A stretch of 17,035 bases of DNA, taken from positions 1-17,035 of the forward strand of contig JBILDU010000068.1 in assembly GCA_044352465.1 (NCBI GenBank), written 5' to 3'. This stretch comes from Bdellovibrionota bacterium. Its GTDB lineage: Bacteria; Bdellovibrionota_C; UBA2361. Of the stretch, positions 8,805 through 16,501 are shown piece by piece. The first letter of the stretch is position 1. Each line of letters opens with the position of its first letter. Both the position numbers and the translations under genes were made by a program. Below the pieces are notes generated by a model. The model did not search any database. It was not told where the DNA came from and worked only from the letters and a program-made list of their open reading frames with translations.

Positions 8805-9776
8805 TTACGGAACCTCGCGCTCTATGGAGTCCACCACAGAGAGTCCCCCGTCCCGGCGAATAAAACTCGAATTACCCGGGAGCTCCAGGGTCGCCCCATT
8901 TCCCAGAATAAAATCGACTAACCGCTCGGCGTGAACCCGCCCCACTCTAAAACCCAGTTTTGAATACGCGACTTGCTCGGCTACCCGCCACCGCACCGCC
9001 GCCTGAGCCCCCCCAAGGATACGGCGGATCTGCTGGAGCCATTCGCGCTGCCCCCACGGCGAGGATACATCTGCCAGAAGCCGCACGGCCTCATCCTCAA
9101 GGCAACCATCATCCGCAGCGATAGCCTCGGCGCGGATGGCTAAGACCTCAACGATCCGCTCATCAAAGACCCTTAATACGGGCATGAGCTCATGGCGCAC
9201 CCGGTTTCGTAGAAAGGACAGATCCAGATTCGACGAGTCTTCCCGCCAAAAGACCCCGTGCTCGCGCGCATAGCGCACGATCTGATCGCGGGTGACGGAA
9301 AGAAGTGGCCTGAGGAGGCGCGACCCTTCGTCACGCCGACGAATGGTACGCAGCTCCTTATTTGACACCAGCCGCATCAGGAGGGTCTCAGCCACATCGT
9401 CCGCCGTGTGCGCGGTAAGAACGTATTCGAGGGAGCGGGTAGTGCGAACCTCCTTGAAGAATTCGTAACGCACCCGCCGTCCCCACGCCTCGATATTAAT
9501 TCCACTGGGCGGTGGGCTTACTCGGCGACCGTGATAAACCAAGCCGAGCTTTTGTACGGCCGCGGAGACAAACGCTCCGTCCTCGGCGCTGTCGGGCCGC
9601 AGGCCGTGATCGAGATGGGCAACCTCAAGCGTGAGTCCGAGCTCCTCCTGGAGCGACCAGACACCGTGGAGAAGCACCATACTATCGACGCCCCCCGACA
9701 CGCCGAGGAGGAGCCTCGCGGCGGGGGGCAATTCAGACTGCAGCGCTTTCTTGACGGTGTGCCGGGGGCGAGACAT
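8805..9776 (-). CDS. tilS: tRNA(Ile)-lysidine synthetase (short form)
   Basis: PP-loop SGGVDS, HLDHGLR, AHTADDVAET, RPLL, EDSSN, RNRVRH; directly upstream of ftsH as in many bacteria. Confidence 0.92.
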   Translation of the reverse strand: MSRPRHTVKKALQSELPPAARLLLGVSGGVDSMVLLHGVWSLQEELGLTLEVAHLDHGLRPDSAEDGAFVSAAVQKLGLVYHGRRVSPPPSGINIEAWGRRVRYEFFKEVRTTRSLEYVLTAHTADDVAETLLMRLVSNKELRTIRRRDEGSRLLRPLLSVTRDQIVRYAREHGVFWREDSSNLDLSFLRNRVRHELMPVLRVFDERIVEVLAIRAEAIAADDGCLEDEAVRLLADVSSPWGQREWLQQIRRILGGAQAAVRWRVAEQVAYSKLGFRVGRVHAERLVDFILGNGATLELPGNSSFIRRDGGLSVVDSIEREVP

Positions 9777-9808
9777 ATCCTACAGGATGACCCGAACCCC
9801 CGCGCGAT

Positions 9809-10156
9809 TCAAGCCGCGTTGACGGCGATCTTTCGGGGCCCCACCTCAGCGCGTGCCGGAATCGCAACTTTTAACACCCCATCTTTCAGCTCGGCACCCA
9901 CTCGATCAACGTCGAGCCCCTCAGCAAGGGTTATCCGACGCCGCATCGGCTCGAGGCGAAACTCCTCGTGTCGAAGTGCCATATCCTCTGCAAACGCCAC
10001 CGAGGGCGTCGCCGTGATAGTGAGAATGTTCCGCTCAACAGCGAGCTCCACGTCTTTGTCGAGAACGCCGGGAAGGTCAACGTAAACCGTTACCCCCTCC
10101 TTGCCGCTTAACACATCGGTGCGGGGCGAGAACCATCGCTCAGCTCTTTTTTCCAT
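9809..10156 (-). CDS. Small heat shock protein (Hsp20/alpha-crystallin family)
   Basis: PRTDV, DLPGV, AELKDGVLKVAIP, C-terminal IxV motif (RKIAV); RBS AGGGAGGG upstream. Confidence 0.92.
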   Translation of the reverse strand: MEKRAERWFSPRTDVLSGKEGVTVYVDLPGVLDKDVELAVERNILTITATPSVAFAEDMALRHEEFRLEPMRRRITLAEGLDVDRVGAELKDGVLKVAIPARAEVGPRKIAVNAA

Positions 10157-10189
10157 CTGACCCTCCCTTAAAATACTGCTACCGTTTGT

Positions 10190-10624
10190 TTACTCACTCC
10201 GAATCGCGACTTTACGTGGTCGCTCACTCTCGAGGCGGGGCAGTACGAGGCGTAGCACTCCCGCACGATAATCAGCGCTCACCTTATCGGGGTCGAGCCC
10301 GAAGGGAAGCTCAAACGTACGGCTGAAAGCTCCTCTGGGCCGCTCTCGTCGTGCTAAAGCCTTTCCGTCCTCGCGGGGCTCACCAAATTCGCCTTGGACC
10401 GTCACGTGACGCCCCTCAACCCGAACATCTATCGTGTCCGCGGAAAGTCCAGGGAGCATCGCCGCAATAACCGCCCGATCATCGCTCACCCACACATTCA
10501 TCGGGGGAGCGCTGGCATCGCTCGAGGGCGCACCGAGGATATCGCTCATCCGCTCCTCCAAGGTGCGAAACTGCCAAAAAGGCTCAAAAATACCGCCGAA
10601 ATCGTTTTGCCTTGACCACAACAT
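10190..10624 (-). CDS. Small heat shock protein (Hsp20/alpha-crystallin family)
   Basis: PPMNV, LPGL, RRERPRGAFSRTFELP, ADYRAGVLRLVLP, C-terminal VxI (RKVAI); RBS GGAGGAG upstream. Confidence 0.94.
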   Translation of the reverse strand: MLWSRQNDFGGIFEPFWQFRTLEERMSDILGAPSSDASAPPMNVWVSDDRAVIAAMLPGLSADTIDVRVEGRHVTVQGEFGEPREDGKALARRERPRGAFSRTFELPFGLDPDKVSADYRAGVLRLVLPRLESERPRKVAIRSE

Positions 10625-10696
10625 AGATCTCCTCCGTCGCTTACTTTTAGAGCGTCACCGACTCGCGTCGTTACGTTTGTCTTTCGTATAAAAATT

Positions 10697-10724
10697 AGAT
10701 AAGCACGGTTGCGGAAATTTCAAG
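10697..10724 (-). promoter_or_regulatory. Putative RpoH (sigma32)-type heat-shock promoter for the hsp20 pair
   Basis: Minus strand CTTGAA (10724-10719), 15 nt, CTTATCT (10703-10697), i.e. CTTG-N17-CyTATnT, matching the RpoH-type consensus, ~70 nt upstream of an Hsp20 gene. Confidence 0.6.
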
Positions 10725-10798
10725 TGGCGAACGGAGCCGGCCCGAGCAAAAAGACGCGGGGGGGAGGGCGCCTTTCTCAACCGGTCAGCGGAATGAAC

Positions 10799-11209
10799 CT
10801 AATCGGCTTTCCGAAATCGATCGACGCTCCACGCCCCACTTCCGGTATAAAGGAGCGAAACTGCCGCGGCGAGAAAGATAAGATCCTTGTTGAACAGGTG
10901 AGATCCATCGGGATAGAGCCCAAACGCAAGAACGAAAGAAAGCAGCATCGAGGAGATAAGTCCCGCGGCAAGGGTGGTCCACATCCCGATGATAAGCAGG
11001 CCCCCCGCGGCGATCTGCACATACGGCAACATAATGGCGTAGATCGTCCCGGCATGCGGGGGGAGGATCTTCATGTTATGAACCTCAGCAACGAATCCGG
11101 TTGGGTCCTTCAGAATCAACAACCCCGCCAGGACAAAGTATATCCCAACCGGCAACCTCACCAGTAACGGTCCGATCGAAGCATCCCCGATAGGTTCATT
11201 CATTTTCAT
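10799..11209 (-). CDS. DoxX family membrane protein
   Basis: Four hydrophobic segments with LLVRL..G..F..AG, LPYVQIAAGGLLIIG, NKD and GSGAWSVD. Start placed at ATG 11209, 6 nt after GAGGAG. Confidence 0.85.
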   Translation of the reverse strand: MKMNEPIGDASIGPLLVRLPVGIYFVLAGLLILKDPTGFVAEVHNMKILPPHAGTIYAIMLPYVQIAAGGLLIIGMWTTLAAGLISSMLLSFVLAFGLYPDGSHLFNKDLIFLAAAVSLLYTGSGAWSVDRFRKAD

Positions 11210-11285
11210 ACCCCGCTCCTCGAACGGGATTTTAGATCCTCCCCACGAACCTGCCAATGGGTCAAATAACTCACGAAATCCACCA

Positions 11286-11314
11286 TTGAGGCAGCGTCCA
11301 GAGCGCCGTAGTAT
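11286..11314 (+). promoter_or_regulatory. Putative sigma70-type promoter for the photolyase
   Basis: TTGAGG (11286-11291), 17 nt, TAGTAT (11309-11314), 50 nt upstream of the ATG. Confidence 0.4.
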
Positions 11315-11364
11315 CGTTGAGTCATCTCGGCAACGGAACCCTCAGCCCGCCATAGAGTGCAGTT

Positions 11365-12756
11365 ATGAATTCAACTACCCGCCGTTACAAGCGCGCCGCA
11401 TTCGTCTTTCGCCGCGATCTTCGCGCTTTTGATAACACCGGCCTCATCAAGGCGTTGAGTGAGTCACAAGCGGTGTTGCCGTGTTTTATCTTCGATCCCC
11501 GACAGTATCGCGAACACCCCTATCGGAGCCTTCCCGGTCTTGAGTTTATGCTCGAGTCGCTCCGGGAGCTCCACACGGAGCTCGCTGCGCACGGAGGGGA
11601 ACTCACGATCCTCGAGGGGGAACCGAGCGAGACACTTCTTGAGCTGACCGCGCGCGAAGAGATCGAGGCCGTCTATTTTAATCGTGATTACTCCCCCTTT
11701 GCCCGCGCCCGTGACCGAACGATCTACGAACGGCTCACCGAACGGGGGGTTGGGGTGCACCAATTTAGCGACATACTCCTTAACGAGCCCGAGGAATGCC
11801 TCAAGGATGACGGCACCCCCTACTCGGTCTTCACTCCATTCTACAAACGCTCACGCAACCTCACCGTTCCGCTCCCCCGCGAGCTCCCCCGGGGTAGTTG
11901 GCTTTCAAGTCGTCACCTCGTCAGCCGGGGCCTCGACTTCCTCACCGCGGTGCATCCAGGAAAGATGCCCTCCCGCACCGAGATTGGCGGCCGCCCGACC
12001 GGACTCACCGTGCTCGCGCGGGCAAGCGCGCTGGAGGATTACGCCGGAAAGAGGGACTTCCCCAGCGTCGCCGGAACTACCCGACTCTCGGCTCACCATA
12101 AATTCGGAACGGTATCGATTCGCGAGGTGTATCACGCGCTCCACAAGCTCGGAGCTGCGGCCGAGCCGCTCGTCCGTCAACTTTATTGGCGTGACTTCTT
12201 CACCCACGTTGCGTTTCACTGGCCGCACGTTATCGGCAAAGCGTTTAAGCCGGCGTTCGATAAGGTCGAGTGGCTCCACGATGAGAGCACCTTCGCGCGG
12301 TGGTGCGAGGGAACGACCGGATTTCCTATAGTGGACGCGGGCATGCGCGAGTTACGCGAGACCGGATACATGCACAATCGAGTGCGGATGATCGTGGCAT
12401 CTTTTCTAACCAAAGACCTTCATATCGATTGGCGTTGGGGGGAGCGGCACTTCGCCCGACACCTAGTAGACTACGATCCGTGCGTCAACAACGGGAGCTG
12501 GCAATGGGCCGCCTCAACCGGGTGCGATGCGCAGCCTTACTTCCGTATCTTTAACCCGTGGCTCCAGCAGGCCAAATTTGACCCAGCCGCCGCCTATATC
12601 CAGCGTTGGGTGCCTGAGCTTAGCGGCCGCACCGCAGCACAGATTCACGCCATGGGCGATGGCGGAGGTCACGGTCGCTATCCGCCACCGATGGTTGACC
12701 ACGCCACCCAGAAGGTTATTACCGAAGAGATGTTTGAGGTGGTGAAAGGGCCGTAA
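11365..12756 (+). CDS. phrB: Deoxyribodipyrimidine photolyase (class I CPD photolyase)
   Basis: FRRDLR..DN, LYWRDFF, GTTGFPIVDAGMREL, MHNRVRM, DWRWG, DYD, NNGSWQW, FRIFNP; Trp-triad-equivalent residues present (VEW, IDW, GSW). Confidence 0.94.
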   Translation: MNSTTRRYKRAAFVFRRDLRAFDNTGLIKALSESQAVLPCFIFDPRQYREHPYRSLPGLEFMLESLRELHTELAAHGGELTILEGEPSETLLELTAREEIEAVYFNRDYSPFARARDRTIYERLTERGVGVHQFSDILLNEPEECLKDDGTPYSVFTPFYKRSRNLTVPLPRELPRGSWLSSRHLVSRGLDFLTAVHPGKMPSRTEIGGRPTGLTVLARASALEDYAGKRDFPSVAGTTRLSAHHKFGTVSIREVYHALHKLGAAAEPLVRQLYWRDFFTHVAFHWPHVIGKAFKPAFDKVEWLHDESTFARWCEGTTGFPIVDAGMRELRETGYMHNRVRMIVASFLTKDLHIDWRWGERHFARHLVDYDPCVNNGSWQWAASTGCDAQPYFRIFNPWLQQAKFDPAAAYIQRWVPELSGRTAAQIHAMGDGGGHGRYPPPMVDHATQKVITEEMFEVVKGP

Positions 12757-12768
12757 CGCCGTCTATTT

Positions 12769-12797
12769 TCTTGCGCCCCAGGCAGCAACGTTAGAAT
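12769..12797 (+). promoter_or_regulatory. Putative promoter for the moxR cluster or its leader RNA
   Basis: Good -10 TAGAAT (12792-12797); -35 ambiguous (TTGCGC at 12771-12776 gives a 15-nt spacer, TCTTGC at 12769-12774 gives 17). Confidence 0.35.
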
Positions 12798-12803
12798 ATC
12801 GGT

Positions 12804-13043
12804 GTTGCCCTCGACGGCGTATTCTCAAGGGAATCCGCTCACCGGGCACCGTCACAACCGGCACGAATTGGGGCACGAGAACGGCGCTGTAAGGGACGCC
12901 CAGGCTTCCCGAACTTTGACGACGAGCCCGTCATTTCGTTTCAGGTAGCGGCGCGCCAGCGCTACGGAAGATGGTCGGTATTATTGGACGAATATCCGTC
13001 TTTAATGGAAACGTGAGGCAACCTGCCCCGCGAGGTTGAGGAG
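12804..13043 (+). ncRNA. Candidate structured 5' leader or ncRNA upstream of moxR (family not recognised)
   Basis: Ends can pair (12804-12816 with 13012-13022), several internal stems found by eye, and it begins 6 nt after a TAGAAT box. No known RNA family signature fully matched. Confidence 0.25.
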
Positions 13044-13048
13044 CTGCT

Positions 13049-14026
13049 ATGACAAATGCGGAGAGCGCCACCGAGTCCCCCTTACGGCGTCACTTCATCC
13101 GGCTCGCTGGTGAGATCGAGAAGCAGATCGTCGGACAACATTACCTCATTGAGCGGCTAATGGTCGCACTCATCTCCGACGGCCACGTGCTACTCGAGGG
13201 AGTTCCCGGACTCGCAAAAACCAAGACGCTCACCGCGCTCTCCGCAGCGCTCTCCGCCGGCATGAACCGAGTTCAGTTCACCCCCGACCTCCTCCCCTCC
13301 GACCTCATTGGGACCGAGGTATACCGCCCCCAAACCGGCGAATTTGTAATCCGACGAGGCCCCGTTTTCACGAACATTCTCTTGGCCGACGAGATCAATC
13401 GCGCCCCCGCGAAGGTTCAATCCGCTCTTCTTCAAGCGATGCAGGAACGTCACGTGACGATCGGTGAGGAAACCTTACCCCTTCCCAAACCCTTTCTCGT
13501 CCTCGCCACTCAGAATCCGATCGAACAGGAGGGTACCTACCCACTCCCCGAGGCGCAGGTGGACCGTTTTCTCATGAAGATAAAAGTCTCCTACCCATCG
13601 TTGAAGGAGGAGGTCGAGATCCTCGCCCGCGCCGACCGTGAAGCCACCGAGACCGTGGAGCTTCAAAAAGTCATGACACTCTCTGACCTGATAGCTGCTC
13701 GGCGAGCCGCCTACGATGTCTATGTCGACCCGAAGCTCGACCTTTATATCGTCTCGCTCGTTCAAGCGACCCGTTCTCCCGACGAACACGGATTGAAAGG
13801 TCAGGTCGAGTGGGGGGCGTCTCCCCGGGCGAGCCTCGCCCTGAAAAGCTGTGCCCGCAGCCTCGCGTTCGTACGCGGTCGGACCTTCGTGACCCCGGAC
13901 GAGATTAAAGAGATCGCCCCCGATGTCCTGCGTCACCGCCTGCTCACCTCGTTCGAGGCTGAGGCCCGCGGGGTGACAAGCGACGACGTGATCAAGGCCC
14001 TTTTAAAGAGCGTTCCGGTTCCATAG
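13049..14026 (+). CDS. moxR: MoxR family AAA+ ATPase (MoxR-proper type)
   Basis: GHVLLEGVPGLAKT, QFTPDLLPSD, LADEINRA, ATQNPIEQEGTYPLPEAQ.DRF, GASPRA, VLRHR; RBS GAGGAG. Confidence 0.95.
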   Translation: MTNAESATESPLRRHFIRLAGEIEKQIVGQHYLIERLMVALISDGHVLLEGVPGLAKTKTLTALSAALSAGMNRVQFTPDLLPSDLIGTEVYRPQTGEFVIRRGPVFTNILLADEINRAPAKVQSALLQAMQERHVTIGEETLPLPKPFLVLATQNPIEQEGTYPLPEAQVDRFLMKIKVSYPSLKEEVEILARADREATETVELQKVMTLSDLIAARRAAYDVYVDPKLDLYIVSLVQATRSPDEHGLKGQVEWGASPRASLALKSCARSLAFVRGRTFVTPDEIKEIAPDVLRHRLLTSFEAEARGVTSDDVIKALLKSVPVP

Positions 14027-14034
14027 ATATCGGT

Positions 14035-14949
14035 ATGAACTCCGAATCTCCGCGCCCTGTGCCCACCACCGTCGAAGAGCTTGTGCCGGCGGCGCTTATC
14101 GCTGAGGCTCGGCGTCTGGAGATCCGTACCCGCCGATCGATGAACGCGGAAACCCTGGGGGCGTATCGTTCGGCATTTCGCGGTTCCGGTCTCACCTTCG
14201 CCGACCTCCGCGCGTACGAGCCCGGCGATGAGGTCAAAAATATCCATTGGAAAGCCTCCGCCCGTACCGGAAAGGTACAGGTGAAAACGTTCGAGGAGGA
14301 GCGACAGTTAAACATCCTCGTCGCGATCGACACGAGTCTGTCGACGGTGTTCGGCGCCGAGAAAAAAAATCTGCAGAAAGCCATCCAGTTCGGAGCGCTC
14401 ATGGCGCTCCTCGCGCGCGCCAGTGGCGACGCGTTCGGCCTTTGCCTCTTCGGCGGAACGGTATCATCTTTTACGACTCCCGCACGCCGCCGCACCGAGC
14501 TCCAACGATCGCTCGTCACCTTACTCGGCGTGAAGCCCACCGGGGGCGGCACGAACATCGGTGCGGCGCTCCACCATATCAACGCACGACAGCGCCGACC
14601 GGCGGTGATCTTTGTTGTTTCCGACTTCGTGGCCCCACCGTTTGGCGAGGAGTTAGCGCTGCTGAGCGTGCGCCACGACGTCATCTGTGTCGCGCTCCGA
14701 GATACACTCGACGTGATGGTGCCCCGCGCCGGGCTCGTCATGTTTAAAGATCCGGAATCGGAGCGATCGTGCATAATCGATACCTCATCCCGTTCGGTGC
14801 GTGAGGCGCTGGCATTCGCCAACGAGATTCGCCGCGAATCGCTCCGGCGAGAGTGTCGCCGAGTCGGTGCCGCTCTCATCGAGATCGACGACGACCCCCT
14901 GGGTCCCCTGCAAGCGCTGATGCAGCAACGGTTAACGAGGAGACGCTAG
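14035..14949 (+). CDS. DUF58 domain protein (VWA-like MoxR partner)
   Basis: GAYRSAFRGSGLTF.DLRAYEPGDEV..IHWKASAR, VKTFEEER, DTSLS, VSDF; directly after moxR. Confidence 0.92.
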   Translation: MNSESPRPVPTTVEELVPAALIAEARRLEIRTRRSMNAETLGAYRSAFRGSGLTFADLRAYEPGDEVKNIHWKASARTGKVQVKTFEEERQLNILVAIDTSLSTVFGAEKKNLQKAIQFGALMALLARASGDAFGLCLFGGTVSSFTTPARRRTELQRSLVTLLGVKPTGGGTNIGAALHHINARQRRPAVIFVVSDFVAPPFGEELALLSVRHDVICVALRDTLDVMVPRAGLVMFKDPESERSCIIDTSSRSVREALAFANEIRRESLRRECRRVGAALIEIDDDPLGPLQALMQQRLTRRR

Positions 14950-15008
14950 TGTTACGCCGCCTGCATCGCCATCCGAACGAACTGCATCTCTGGAGGGAAG
15001 CCTAGGCC

Positions 15009-15518
15009 ATGCCGCCACTAACGCCGACCCCGGTGACTGTAGCTCTGAAGGACATCCCTCCCCTTCCTATCTTCGCCTATACCCCATCGCTATGGGTTTG
15101 GGTTGGCCTGCTGTTGATAGTCCTACTCCTCGGATGGCTCGTCGGGCGCTCCCCCCATCGGTCCGCTCAAACTCCCCCTCCCGCGCTCGACGCGATCGAA
15201 GCTGAGGTGGCGCGGTTAATCGCCCGTGGAGCCCCCTGTCGTGATGGGCTTTTCTCGATTTCGCGGGCCATTAAGGTCTTGCTGCGCGCCCGGGGGCTCG
15301 GGGATTTTACCGCGGCAACGCCGGGCGAGCTTGCAACGGGGACTTGCCCTGCAGGCGAGGCATCCCTGGGCCGGCTTCTTGCAGCGCTGGGTCGAATAGA
15401 CGAGCTCAAGTATCAGCCCGATACCCCCACTTCGTTAGAGCACCTCACCGAGCTGCGACGCCTTCTCCGCCCGGCGCTGACGCCCCCTCCTTCTTCAGAC
15501 GGAGGCAAAGCACCGTGA
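15009..15518 (+). CDS. Membrane-anchored protein of the MoxR/Bat cluster (DUF4381-like)
   Basis: LKDIPP motif then a single TM helix (WVWVGLLLIVLLLGWLV) and a helical C-terminus; sits between DUF58 and BatA; its stop overlaps the next GTG. Confidence 0.7.
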   Translation: MPPLTPTPVTVALKDIPPLPIFAYTPSLWVWVGLLLIVLLLGWLVGRSPHRSAQTPPPALDAIEAEVARLIARGAPCRDGLFSISRAIKVLLRARGLGDFTAATPGELATGTCPAGEASLGRLLAALGRIDELKYQPDTPTSLEHLTELRRLLRPALTPPPSSDGGKAP

Positions 15519-16501
15519 CACTGTTCGGAGCATCGCTCGCTTACCCACTCTTTCTTTTTGGCCCTCCCGTCATCGGCGTGGTGGCGTACCTCACCCGCGC
15601 CCGAATCATCAAGGCCGCCCCCTACCCCGCCCTTGCAACGCTCGAAGCCCTTCCCCGCTCGTGGCGTCAAAGACTACGCCTTCCGCTTCTTGGGGCGCTT
15701 ATCACCACGACGATTGTGGCATTATCGGTTGCAGCGGCTCGCCCCCAACGCACCGTAACGGTGGAGAGCCCCGCCGAAAGCCGTAGCCTCGTTTTGTCGC
15801 TGGACATCTCCCGTTCAATGGCTACGAGAGATTTCCAGGGTTCCATCGGTCGTGGAACGGTCTCCCGACTCGAAGCGGTGAAAGGGGTGGTGCAACGATT
15901 CATCGAAGAGCGCCGCGACGAGCGGCTCGGCTTAGTTGTCTTTGGGTCGAACGCCTTCGTCCAAGCTCCTCTTACCCGCGACCATCGTGTCGTCGCCGAG
16001 CTTGTGGCGCGGCTTGAAGTGGGTATGGCCGGGGACGGGACCGCGATGGGCGATGGACTCGGGTTGGCGCTGAAGCGGATCGCCGATGTGCCAGCCCCGG
16101 CAAAGGCAGTTGTTCTTCTCACCGATGGGGTCAGTAACTCGGGGCAAGTCAATCCGCTGAAAGCGGCTGAGGTTGCCCGAGATCTCGGGGTAAAGGTCTA
16201 CACCATCGGTATCGGTGCGACGAATTCGGGCTCTGCGGGCCCGATCCAACGCAGCGCCGAATTCGATGAGGCTACCCTGAAAAAGGTGGCCGACATCACC
16301 GGAGGTATGTACCTGAACGCGAGTACGGTCGAGGGGCTTGAAGCGGTTTATCGGGAGATCGATCGACTCGAGACCGCGCAGTTCAAGGAACCTGAGCGGC
16401 GGGTCGTTGAAGAGCTTTTCCCCCAATTCCTCTGGGGGGCGCTTGTCAGTTACGTCGCCTATCTTGTCCTTGGTGCTTCGATCTTCCGGAGGTTGCCGTG
16501 A
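15515..16501 (+). CDS. BatA-like VWA domain membrane protein
   Basis: GTG start at 15515 (GTGA overlap, GGAGG at 15501-15505), AYP N-terminus, AAARPQ, MIDAS DISRS...T(AMGDG)...LLTDG, C-terminal TM. The ORF-track start at 15344 is too long. Confidence 0.9.
   Translation: MTLFGASLAYPLFLFGPPVIGVVAYLTRARIIKAAPYPALATLEALPRSWRQRLRLPLLGALITTTIVALSVAAARPQRTVTVESPAESRSLVLSLDISRSMATRDFQGSIGRGTVSRLEAVKGVVQRFIEERRDERLGLVVFGSNAFVQAPLTRDHRVVAELVARLEVGMAGDGTAMGDGLGLALKRIADVPAPAKAVVLLTDGVSNSGQVNPLKAAEVARDLGVKVYTIGIGATNSGSAGPIQRSAEFDEATLKKVADITGGMYLNASTVEGLEAVYREIDRLETAQFKEPERRVVEELFPQFLWGALVSYVAYLVLGASIFRRLP

Noticed and set aside
10253..10278. CIRCE half-site TAGCACTC
   Set aside because: Inside the hsp20 coding region and lacks the GAGTGCTAA partner 9 nt downstream.
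10625..10695. ROSE or fourU RNA thermometer in the hsp20 5' UTR
   Set aside because: No UYGCU or U-run positioned to pair with the GGAGGAG RBS.
12858..12890. Sigma54 promoter at the GGCACG motifs
   Set aside because: No TTGC-type -12 element at the required spacing.
12804..13022. 6S RNA (terminal pairing, suitable size, CGGGAAGCCT on the minus strand)
   Set aside because: I could not build the long rod with a central bubble, and the usual zapA/ygfA context is absent; left to cmscan.
12827..13027. Cobalamin-riboswitch-like fragments (AAGGGAA, CTGTAA, GGAAG, ACCTGCC)
   Set aside because: The core GGTG-AA-TCC T-loop, the CCCGC-ACTGT element and the AGYCAG-AGACC B12 box are not present in proper form.
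12971..13039. 22-codon uORF in frame with moxR, ending in TGA (possible read-through extension)
   Set aside because: No convincing RBS; moxR has its own GAGGAG and a normal-length N-terminus.
15344..15514. 57-codon N-terminal extension of the BatA-like ORF
   Set aside because: Overlaps the upstream gene; the GTG at 15515 has an RBS, a stop/start overlap and matches the family N-terminus.
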